From Eledone cirrhosa (taxonomy: Eukaryota), in the NCBI GenBank assembly GCA_964016885.1, contig OZ024740.1:11780001-11844000 (forward strand): 64,000 nucleotides of DNA, written 5' to 3'. Position numbers and translations under genes: made by a program. The number at the start of each line of letters is the position of its first letter. The first letter of the stretch is position 1. Of the stretch, positions 1-10,800 are shown one piece after another. Below the pieces are notes generated by a model. The model was not told where the DNA came from, searched no databases, and was given only the letters and a program-made list of their open reading frames with translations.

Positions 1-39
1 TTGTTTTGGCCTGGATGTTGTGGCACCAACATAACTGTT

Positions 40-140
40 AGAGTGTCGGATCTTTGTTCTGAGTCTCTAGATTCTGAGTTCAAATCCTACTGAGGCCCAC
101 TTTACCTTTCATCTTTACAGGGTCAATATACCAGCCCAGT
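40..140 (+). mobile_element. Degenerate Nin/Deu-domain SINE fragment
   Basis: B-box-like gagttcaaatcc followed by ctttacctttcatctttacagggtcaata, matching the Nin-domain core seen in better copies at 49.8, 51.4-51.7, 55.4 and 60.2 kb. Confidence 0.45.
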
Positions 141-286
141 GCTAGAGTCTAGTTGTCACCCTCTCCCTCCTTTCAGCTGTCATATCCTGGATATGCAAAC
201 TGGACATTTCAGCTCAATTCTGGTTTATGTTTGACATGTGTAGCTATAAGCTATCAGACTCTCTGTGGACAGAAAAGGAAGGAACT

Positions 287-331
287 TGTTCTTTGACGAA
301 GTTTCAAGTAGATCTGAAACATGTAAGAACA
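287..331 (+). ncRNA. Degenerate minimal type I hammerhead ribozyme (probable Penelope/retrozyme relic)
   Basis: tgttct-TTGACGA-(imperfect stem II)-GAAA-catg-TA-agaaca. Stem I is tgttct/agaaca and stem III is the palindrome ACATGT. C3 is changed to U. Confidence 0.45.
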
Positions 332-350
332 GTCCCAGTATTTTGCTATC

Positions 351-552
351 TACAAAGGTTGGTTGAAAAGTTCATAGGCTGACCAAGATACTCTCATGGA
401 ACGACAAAATGAGGTTTATTTTCCAACATAGTCCCTAAAAAGAAACAATGCAGTTATTAATAAGAAGAGTTGAAATTAATGTATACAAGATTTCACTGCT
501 CTAGCATCACACCTTCATAGTTAGCCTATGAACTTTTCAGCCGACCCCCATA
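351..552. mobile_element. Tc1/mariner-type MITE (~200 bp)
   Basis: ~30-bp imperfect TIRs ggttggttgaaaagttcataggct / agcctatgaacttttcagccgacc, with TA at both ends. Confidence 0.7.
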
Positions 553-716
553 TGTATGTACGCATGTATGTATATATGTATACATGTATGTGTATATGTA
601 TGTATGGGTGATTGTATGTATGTATATGTATGCATGCATGTATGTATATTTGTATATAATTATATAATTATGATTTAAAAATTGGATTAACATTGTTTTT
701 AGATAATTTATGTAAA

Positions 717-1201
717 TCTAAACTATAATAAAGGAAGGTCTGCGGGATTGCGTACAGTTTATTTTTTTTTATCCTGTTTGTAAAATAAGTTGGATTACTT
801 TGATTAATAATGAATGAATATTACATAATTTATCTACTAAATTTTGTGGCTGTTGATTAAATATATTTTGTTTATTTAAAGATTCACTTCTTTAAAATTT
901 TTTGAAATGTCAACACTTCCGGTTGGCCATCGCTTAAATAAACATACTAATTTCCTGTCACTAATTTTCTTCTAATGCAGTTTATATATAATATCGTCTT
1001 TTTTTAATGTATCATGGATTACGTTACTGATTAAATGAGACAGTGTGACACAGTCTTCGCTCAATTTCTATGTATTTTATATTGTCAATTACGATTTTAT
1101 TTGATGTATCATATCTACATGTATATATACTTGCGTATAATATCAATATACACACTACACATGCTAGCAGAAAACCACCCGAAGGGTGGTTTTTCTGCTA
1201 G
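717..1201 (+). mobile_element. Non-autonomous Helitron (~485 bp)
   Basis: 5' A|TCtaaactataataaag. 3' hairpin accaccc-gaa-gggtggt followed by CTAG|T. Inserted between A and T with no TSD. Confidence 0.65.
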
Positions 1202-1240
1202 TTTATGTTAATTAATCTATTTTGTACTGTTTTAATTTAG

Positions 1241-1373
1241 TCAAAAGTTGAGCGCATTGTGGGCCATGCCAGGTTCTTATCTAATCAAAGTGTAGATGTA
1301 GATGGCAAGAATTATTCAGCGAAACACATTCTGATTGCCACTGGAGGCAAACCAGTTGTACCTGACATTCCAG
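1241..1373 (+). CDS. GSR: Glutathione reductase, internal exon ([44 protein letters not shown])
   Basis: Acceptor tttaatttag, donor CAG|gtagg, open frame with the HILIATGG motif. Splices in phase 1 to the next exon. Confidence 0.88.
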
Positions 1374-1547
1374 GTAGGTAAGAGGCTGATAGTTTATAAC
1401 TTGGGGTACCTTTTGGTTATAGCCTGGAAAAAGAGTTATGAACACTGCTACCTCTTCTTCCTTGTCTAATTTCATCATCAATTGTTCAGTCTGTCTGTCT
1501 CTCTCTCGTTGTAAACTACTGACCACAATAAGCTGTATATTTTTCAG

Positions 1548-1602
1548 GTGCCCAGTATGGTATAACCAGTGATGGCTTTTTTGAGTTACCAGATTTACCA
1601 AA
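1548..1602 (+). CDS. GSR: Glutathione reductase, internal exon (GAQYGITSDGFFELPDLPK)
   Basis: Acceptor tttttcag, donor AA|gtaagt. GITSDGFF is characteristic of glutathione reductase. Confidence 0.9.
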
Positions 1603-1625
1603 GTAAGTGGTTACTGTATTGTATT

Positions 1626-1735
1626 AGTGAATTGAGTGATTAGAGAATTGGATTCACAATTGTGAGGTTGCAAGTTCGATTCTTGAACTGGGTGATGTGT
1701 GATGTCCTTGAGCAAGACATTTTATTTCACGCTGT
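1626..1735 (+). mobile_element. tRNA-derived CORE-type SINE 5' fragment
   Basis: A/B-box remnants (gttcgattc) followed by gtccttgagcaagacattttatttcac, similar to 48153-48290. Confidence 0.55.
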
Positions 1736-1859
1736 CCCTTCTGCCAGGAATTTTGATCAGTGAATAACATCAGCAATGAAAAGACAAAAAGAAACTTCGT
1801 TTATTATTGGGGGGGGGGGGGGGGATCCGATTTGACGAGTTCCACCCCACTTAATAAGT

Positions 1860-2100
1860 GAATAATGTCTGGGATCTTTTTGATCAATTTGATCGAGTGT
1901 GTTGTATTTTTTCATGCTCAGAGTTGCTGAAGCATGGAACAAACTACCTGCATCATTATCCTTCAAAACTTCCATCCTTTCCAAAATTCGCCAACACTAC
2001 ACCTGATATTCCCCCTCCACACACATGCATGCACGTGTGAGTGTATGTGTGTATATCATGACTCATACACTGTCCACTTTCCTGACGTTTGTATATTATT
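1860..2100 (+). mobile_element. CR1/L2-group LINE 3' fragment
   Basis: Aligns by eye with the 3' end of 3290-5259 (gctgaagcatggaacaaactacctgc...cacacatgca...tatcatgactcat). Confidence 0.65.
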
Positions 2101-2144
2101 CATCTGAGATATAGTGTTATTATTGTTAATACCATTTAATATGA

Positions 2145-2708
2145 TGAGGGCGATCAAAATAGATGGAAGCTATGGAGTAGGCAGACCCAGAAAAACCTGG
2201 GATGATTTGATAAATTCTGACCTTACACACTTACACCTCTCCAAGACAATGTCACTGGACCGAGATCTTTGGCGTTACGCAGTAATACAGAAGACCCGCC
2301 TTGCCTAAGTACAAAGTGAAACCTACAGTCAGTAGGCACCTCCTAACCAAAAATACACCCCCATCCCACTACCCCTACCCCCACCCCCATCTACACCACC
2401 CCTTTCCCTGTAAAGTTATGTTGGTGCCACAACATCCAGTCCTAAATAAATGAGGTCGTGTAGGTGTCATGACAAAAAAACACACAGTCCACGCTGTAAT
2501 GTGGCCATGTAGGTAACACGGTAAAAACCTCCCAGTCCACACTGTAAACGTGGTTGGTGTTAGGAAGGGCATCCAGCCATAGAAAACCTGCCAGACAGTC
2601 CTATACAAGCAAGACGACCAATCTTGCCTCAAATGGGACAATTCCCGTCTAAACCCATGCTAGTGTGGAAGATTGACGTTAAACGATGATGATGATGATG
2701 ATGATGAT
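2145..2708 (+). mobile_element. RTE LINE (family A-related) 3' fragment with (GAT)n tail
   Basis: Encodes RAIKIDGSYGVGRPRKTW...DRDLWR. 3' UTR has gttggtgttaggaagggcatccagc and ends in (GAT)n. Confidence 0.85.
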
Positions 2709-3289
2709 TGCTTCATCTTATTAAATGATAATCGTCTCAACATCTTGTCATTCATTCCTGCAAGCCTACGAGCCTCCCTCATGCACAGAGGTGACTTTTC
2801 AATCCAGCAACAAAAGACCAAGAGCCCCCACACCTAGTAACAAGACTCACTATTTAGCCTTAATAAAGTACATATGTATATATAAATATATATATGTATA
2901 TATAAATATATATAAATATGTATATATACAGGGTGCGGACGATATTTGTTCGCAAGATTACTGTCTCTGAAAAAATAACACAGTAGTTTTATTTTTTAAG
3001 ATATATTTATCAAACTTGGGTTAGTTTGTCTTCATAACTTGTTCTTTCGATCTCACTCGGAGCAAAGGACTCGCGTATAATCCTGTAATTAAATGAGTTC
3101 AAAGGAAAGAGTTTTCCTGGGCACTTTAAGATACAATATATAGAGTGGAAAGACACAGAAGAGTGTGTTTTTATTTACAGGAATTTCAAACCACCAGCGT
3201 GAAGAGAATATAAGCTAATAGGGGCATAGGAAAAACATTAAAATTAAAAGTATAAAACTTCAGCTGAACGGGAATATAAACTGCATAAA

Positions 3290-5259
3290 TCAGGTGCCAA
3301 CAGAAAAAAAGCGGAATAAATCTTCCAACCATTTTAAGCAAGTGACAAAAAAGGCAGTGCTTGAATTTGAACAGTGCATAGCAACCAATCCTGACAGTAA
3401 GGTGTTCTGGAAATATGTACATTCAAAGCAAAGACTTCACTCTCCAGTTGGTCCTCTTCACAATCTTCACACAAGCCAGATCACTGACAATCCCAAAGAA
3501 TGCGCAAAACTCATTGCTGAGTGCTATGCAAGCATTTTTACTGTTGAAAACCAGAATGTACCATCTCGACCATCTCTAACATCAAATTCCATAACAACTC
3601 TGGAATTTACACCTGCAATGCTGCGACGTCACCTTAAGAATAAGCGCAACTATGCCTCCCCTGGTCTTGATGGTGTTACATACCTGCTTCTCAAACGTGG
3701 TGGGTACTTCCTTTTGCAGCAGCTTTCTTTCTTCTTCAAATTCTGTCTCAACAATGGTGCTACTCCGGAGCAGTGGAAAATTGCCAGTGTCATTCCCCTG
3801 TTCAAAAACGGCGACCGCACTCACTAGTCAACTATCGTCCAGTCTGTCTTACTAGCTGTATGGCCAAACTGATGGAATCCTGTGTCAGAGAAACACTTTG
3901 GAACTTCTGGAGCTCTCACAGCCTCATCCGGCCCTCGCAATTTGGATTTATCCCTAACTCCAGCTGTTGTGATCAGCTTATCGAGTTCCTTGAAGACATT
4001 ACCCGGATCACTGACAGCGGCTCATGGGTGAATGTTGTTTACCTTGACTTCGCTAAGGCTTTTAATTCTGTGCCACAAAAAAGACTTATGGCGAAACTCT
4101 CTGCAATGGGTGTGAGGGATGATCTTTTTAACTCGTTGAAATCCTTCATTCTCAGCTGAAAAGAGGTAGTCACGGTTCTAGGACAGCATTCTTCACCATA
4201 TGAGATGTCATCTGCTGTACCACAGGATCTGTTCTTGGTCCCCTTTTGTTTGTGGCATACATTAATGACATAGATGCCAACTTAAAGAATACCACAGTAC
4301 TGAAATATGCAGATGACATCAAGCTGTACCTTGAAATCAAAAGGACAGATCCTGAAATCTATAACTCTTTCCTACAATCAGACCTGGACACAATGCAGCA
4401 ATGGATCACAGACTGGCAACTGAAGCTGGCTGTGGACAAGTGTACTACCATGCCTTTTGGGAGGAAAAATCCAGCGTCCACATACTCCCTCCACAACACT
4501 GATATCAAGAAGTTCTCTTGTGAACGTGACCTGGGCATTACTGTCAGCAACGATTTGCGTTGGACAAAGCACATCTCTAAAATTGTCAAGAAGACCGAGG
4601 GTGTCTTGGCATCACTCAGCAAGACCTTTGTTAGCCGCTCTCCAGCCATTTATTTAAAGCTCTGTACAGCTATGGTTCGACCACACTTGGAATTCGCATC
4701 ATCAGTCTGGAACCCCTATCTTGCTCAGAACATTGACCTCCTGGAAACTGTTCAGAGACATTCAACCAAGCTCATACCCTCCATCAGACACCTACCATAC
4801 TCTGAACGCCTTGCTTCTCTGGGCATGGATTCATTGAAGCTCCGACATCTGGCAATGCACTTGGTAAACACCCACAAAATTATTAACCATCTCGCCAACA
4901 ACAACCCTGAGCACCTTTTTGATCTCCATGTGTCTAACGCACGTGGACATGCCTACAAAGTCAGAAAACAGCACAGCTCCCATGACTTTCAGAAACATTT
5001 TTTCATGCTTAGAGGTGCTGAAGCATGGAACAAACTACCTGCGTCAGTTGTTAGCTGCCGAGACACTGCATCCTTTAAAACCCTCATGCTTCCCGAAATT
5101 CGCCAAAACTACACCTGATGTCCCTCTTCCATACACATGCACACATGTGTATATCATGACTCATGCACTGTTCATTTTCCTGACGTTTGTACATTACCCT
5201 ATGTACTATATATACACTTTTGATGAGTTGTAGTGCACCTGAGCACTGTACACAATATT
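3290..5259 (+). mobile_element. 5'-truncated, frameshifted CR1/L2-group LINE (RT pseudogene)
   Basis: ORF pieces 3294-3827, 3773-4159 and 4246-5118 with SPGLDG, NYRPVCLTS, QFGF, YLDFAKAF, KYADD, RDLG and VRPHLEFASSVWNP. Confidence 0.9.
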
Positions 5260-5262
5260 TTC

Positions 5263-7350
5263 ATAAATGAGGAGAATAAATGGGAAAAGATAGTCTGCCC
5301 CAAATTGATCCAATAGAGGGACCAGCAGTGCTAGTTGAAAGTAGTAGAATAAGTAAGGCAATTAAAGATATGAAGATGGGCAAGGCAGCTGGGCCTTCGG
5401 AGGTAGTTGCTGAAATGCTGAAATCATCTGGAATGGTGGGATACACTATGGTCACCCGGATAGTAAACCAAGTCATACAGAACGGGTCATACCAAATGAC
5501 TGACTGGCGTAGCAGCATCATCATTAACTGCTACAAGGGTAAAGGTGATGCCCTAGATAGGGGAAACTATAGAGGCATTAAATTAATTGACCAGGTCATG
5601 AAGGTCACAGAAAAAGTGATAGCGCAACTAATCAGAGAGCGAATTGATCTAGATGAAATGCAGTTTGGATTTGTGTCAGGTAAAAGTACCAGATACGCCC
5701 TTTTCCTTGTATGACAACTACAGGAGAAGTACCTAGCTAAAAGTAAACCCCTATACTTAGCTTTTGTCGCCTTTGACAGAGTCTCCCATGCCATTATCTG
5801 GTGGGCCCTTAGAAAACTAGGTGTTGATGAATGGCTTGTATAAAGAAACAGTCAGCAAGGTTAGAATTAACAACGAATATGGTGAAGAATTTAGCGTAAA
5901 AGTTGGTGTTCATCAGGGCTGTGTCCTTAGCCCCCTCCTATTTATTATTCCCTTCAGGCTATAACTGAGGAGTTCAAGACCAGCTGCCCATGGGAACTCC
6001 TATACGCAGATGATTTAACGCTCATAGCTGAATTGATGGCTGAACTAGAGAAGAATTCAGAACATGGAAGCATGGCCTAGAATCAAAAGGCCTTAAAGTT
6101 AACTTGTCTAAGACTAAAGTTCTAGTATGTAGGAAGGAAAATAAGGCACATGTCCCCTCTGGGAAATGGCCATGCTCAGTGTGTAGGAAAGGAGTAGGCA
6201 GAAATTCCATTTTACGTCCCAAATGCAAAGTATGGGTACATAAACGATGTAGTGGGATCACAGGTAAGCTATCTAAGAACGTAGATTTTATATGTGGCCG
6301 GTGCTCAGGTGCAATAAGTAGCAAGTGCCTACAGGATACTAGCTCCTTCTCTTGCCCAGATGGCTCTATAGAAATAGTAGACACCTTCCGTTACCTGGGT
6401 GACAAAATCAGCAGTGGTGGAGGGTGCTCTGAAAGTACAGTAGCCAGAGTCAGAACGGGATGGAAAAAGTTCAGAGAGCTTATACCACTATTGCCGCTAA
6501 AGGTTTCTCTCTAAAAATGAAAGGCAGACTGTATGATGCCTGCATACGAACAGCAATGTTACATAGCAGTGAGACATGGGCAGTGTGTGCAGAGGATCTG
6601 CGCAGACTGGAGAGGAGCAAAGCATTCATGCTCCGTTGCATGTGTAATAGTAATATACGTGAACGGCAAAGCATAAACAAACTAAAGGAAAAATTAGAAA
6701 TAAGAGGGATCAGATGTTGTTTACTCGAGAGAAGACTACGTTGGTATGGTCACGTGATGCACATGGAAGACGACAACTGTATAAAAAAGTGCAGGGCGAT
6801 CAAAATTGATGGAAGCTACGGAGTAGGCAGACCCAGAAAAACCTGGCATGATTTGATAAATTCCGACCTTACACACTTACACCTCTCCAAGACAATGTCA
6901 CTGGACCGAGATCTTTGGCGTTACGCAGTAATACAGAAGACCCGCCTTGCCTATGTACAAAGAGAAACCTACAGTGAGTAGGCACCTCTTAACCAAATAT
7001 ACACCCTCATCCCACTACCCCAAACCCCACTCCCATCAACACCACCCCTTTCCCTGTGAAGTTATGTTGGTACCACAACATCCAGTACTAAATGAATGAG
7101 GTCGTGTAGGTGTCACGACAAAAAACACACAGTCCACGCTGTAATGTGGCCGTGTAGGTAACACGGTAAAAACCTCCCAGTTCCACACTGTAAACGTGGT
7201 TGGTGTTAGGAAGGGCATCCAGCCGTAGAAAACCTGCCAGACAGTCCTATACGAGCAAGCCGACCTATCTTGCCTCAAGTGGGATAATTCCCATCTAAAC
7301 CCATGCTAACGTGGAAGATAGACGTTAAACGATGATGATGATGATGATGA
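5263..7350 (+). mobile_element. 5'-truncated degenerate RTE LINE (family A-related)
   Basis: Broken RT ORFs 5280-5714, 6104-6514 and 6460-6981, PHD-like Cys cluster, RTE 3' UTR and (GAT)n tail. Confidence 0.9.
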
Positions 7351-7370
7351 TATATGTATATATATATATG

Positions 7371-7670
7371 TCATCATCATCATCACCGTTTTACGTCCGT
7401 TCTTCCACGCCAGCATGGGTTAGACGGGTTGTCCTGGTGTGGGCAGTGTCTGGTCGGCTGACCATGCCTTGCTCATACAGGAACTGATCTGGCTTGATTT
7501 CTACAGCTGGATGCCCTTCCTAACACCAACCTCATTTACAGTGAGTGCTGGGTGCTTTTTCGTGGCACCTACACGTCCACTTTACAGTGTGGGCTGGGTG
7601 CTTTTTTGCCGTGACACCTCCACGGCCACCTTGCGGTGGGGGGGCATATTGTCTATATGCTTCAGCTTGT
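7371..7670 (-). mobile_element. RTE family B 3' UTR fragment, tail-to-tail with the preceding element
   Basis: Reverse complement of 26595-26908 with a (CAT)n tail. Confidence 0.85.
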
Positions 7671-7747
7671 ATGTATATATATATATGTATGTATGTATAT
7701 ATGTATGTATGTATGTATATATGTATGTATATATGTATGTATGTATG

Positions 7748-7781
<34 letters not shown>

Positions 7782-7830
7782 TGTATGTATGTATGTATGT
7801 ATGTATGTATGTATGTATGTATGTATGTAT
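7671..7830. repeat. (TA)n/(TATG)n microsatellite
   Basis: Direct observation. Confidence 0.95.
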
Positions 7831-10800
7831 TTATGTTTTCTCTTTCTCTTAATTTCGAGTATATTTTTTTGACCGGCCACCTTCCTGGTGGCAAGGTTGT
7901 AAAAGAAAAGAAATTGTCATCCCTTGAATCGCAAGAATGTTTTGCATATTTTGAAGGTGCCAGCTATCGCAGCCATTTGTAGACTATGAATTAGGGAGCT
8001 GCGCTTTTTGTCCGCAAATCCAAGTTCGGTCATACTTTGTTCCAAGCGGGTTGGTATATAACCCGTAGCACCAATAATGATGGGTATGAAGCTAAAGGTG
8101 TATCTTGGATACTGGATTTGTAAGCTCCTCATCAATGGTCCGTAGATGTCCTCCTTCTCCTGTATTTTTCTGACAACGTTTACATCAAGTGGGCAGCTGA
8201 TCTCCACAACAGAACACGTTTTCAATGTGTGGTCCCAAACTACAATATCAGGCCGGTTGTGCTTTAATTTGGTGGCAGTTTTTATTTTCAGGTTCCACCA
8301 GTATTCCTTAGTGCCATCTGTCTCAATATATTCTTCCTCGTTTGTTGTTAATTTTGTTTTCCGAAGTGCGTTCCAGATAGTTCTAGCTATCCCATCGTGT
8401 CTCATGGGGAGGTAGTAGCGAGATGACATTCTTTCGCAGCTGGCAACAATGTGGCTTACATCCTCGATCTTTGTTTTACATAGCCTACATTTATTGTCAG
8501 CTGCTGGCCCTCCTCTTTTGTGCAGCAGATATTTGGTAGGGAGTTCTTGTTCCTGTATTGCATAGAGATATCCCTCAAGGTGTGATGTCATAAACTTGTC
8601 GGAACTCCATGCCAGGCTTTTTGAGTGGTTTATCCCCTCTATGGTCTGTGTTTTACGCCTCAAGTATCCATGCACAACTTTCTCTGTAAATTGGTCAATT
8701 TTTTTTTCTTGTTTGAACATTGAATAGGATCTTCCGATTTCTCTGGGTGAGAGATTTATATCAGGCTTTATTCCATATCTCTCCTCCAGATCAGTCGCTA
8801 TTCTAATGATATTTCTTTTTTCATGCTCATAAACCTGAGCAAGATGGTCGCCAACCTTTTTCCTCTGTTGAAGGTGTTGCTTCAGTGTTACTATCCGGGT
8901 CTCATATGTTGTTAATATTGATTTTAGACCCCGGCCACCTTCCTTGCGTGAGAAGTATAGCCTATCCACATCACCATTGATGTTAAAGTTCCCAGTAACA
9001 CTGAGAAGTTTTCGAGTTCTAACATCCATCTCACTTAGTTCTTGCAATGACCAGTTCAGTAGGCCAAATGTTGGCGTTAGAATTGGCACAGCATAGGTAT
9101 TGTGGGCAATGTATTTGTTGTATGCTGACAGTTCTGATGACCATATTTTTTTTACTCTTCTGAGGTATTCAGTTCTGGTTCTCTCCTTATTTATGGGTCC
9201 ATCATATCTGACATTCTCATCCTGTCCAAGATATCTGTAGTTGTCACCTGACTGCAGAGGTTGTATTGTCAGGCCGTTCATATCTAGATTTCTAGAGGAG
9301 GGCACAGCTCTTCCACGTTTTACTGCCAAATATGCACACTTGGACTCACCAAATTTCATTTTGATGTCGGTTGAAAATTGTGTAATGAGGTCCAATTGTT
9401 TCTTGATGTCATTGATATTTGGCCCATACAACTTCAGGTCATCAACAAAGAAAAGATGGGAGATACTTCTGGGCCCACTTCTTTGTCCACCTTGTTTCCT
9501 GAGTAGGTAAGATAGTGGATTCAGTGAGAGAACGAAGAGTAGTACTGACAAGCTATCACCCTGAAAGATGCCCTTCTGGTAATGTATCCTATCAGTCTTA
9601 ACCTGCTCCTTCTCACCTCTAAGGATCAAATTGGTGTACCAGTTCTTGGTCAGGCGTTCAACAGCAGCTACTAATGGTTGTGGGACTTTAGCTAACTGTA
9701 AAGCCTTAATAATCCACCCATGAGGTACACTATCAAATGCTTTTTGATAGTCCAGCCACACGACAGTCATGTTTCTGCGATTCTTTGTTGTTTTTTCCTG
9801 AATCATTTTGTTAGTTAGTAGGTGATCTATGCAACCCCACACCTCCCTCTTTCCACCAGCTTGCTCAGGTGTTATGATGTTGTTGGTAGCACAGTGATCC
9901 TGTAAGAACAGGTTAAGGCACCCAGTATATAATTTATACATGATGTTTTGGCAGGCAATTGGGCGGTAATTTTTAGCAAGGGTGGTTTGGCTATTTTTGG
10001 GAATGAGGAGAGTAGTGGCAGTTGATAACCATCTGGGCAGTTCTTGTGTGCCCTTAATGGTTTCTGTAAACAGCCGTATGAGATCTTGCCGATAGAAAGT
10101 GAAATTCTTCAACCAGTATCCTGTAATGAGGTCTGGGACTGGCGATTTCCTATTCGACATTTTCTGTAGAGCTGTTTCCAGTATTGACCCATCTATGTCA
10201 TATTGTTTTGTCTGGACATGTTGGCAGTAGTCCTGTTCCAGTTGTTTTAGCCAATTAGCTTGTCTGTTGAATCCGTCATCCGTTTCCCATACAGATCTCC
10301 AGTAGTTCTCAACCTGTTCTTTTGAAGGGGTGTCATTTACAGGGATTGAGCTTTTGCCACCGAAGCTGCGATAAACTGATTTAGGATCTCTGGCAAACAA
10401 TCTATTTAGCACTTGTCGTTTATGGGCTGTTGACTTATATTTTAGTCTTTCTGTTGTAGCTGTGAGTTGTTGTTTCAACTGGTGTAATTTGGAGTTCAAA
10501 GTTTTAAATTTGGTATCTCCAAATCTTCTCTCTAACTTTTTCTTTAGGTCTTCCTGGTGTCGTGTGAAGTTTCTCTCTATGTTGCATTTCATAACGACTG
10601 CGATGTGTGAGATACTTCGTCTCAGGGACAAAATTTTGGATTTTAAATTTCGCATCCACGCTGGTTCAGGCTTTCTGTTTGTATCTTGATTGCGTGGTTT
10701 TAGATGTGTGTTATATGATAGCAATGTGACAGCTGAAACATATAACAAAACATTGAGCGTTTCAAATGTCGTTTCTACACCTTTAGATCGTATAGCCTTT

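Noticed and set aside
1281-1601. 106-aa minus-strand ORF
   Set aside because: Antisense shadow of the two GSR exons and their intron.
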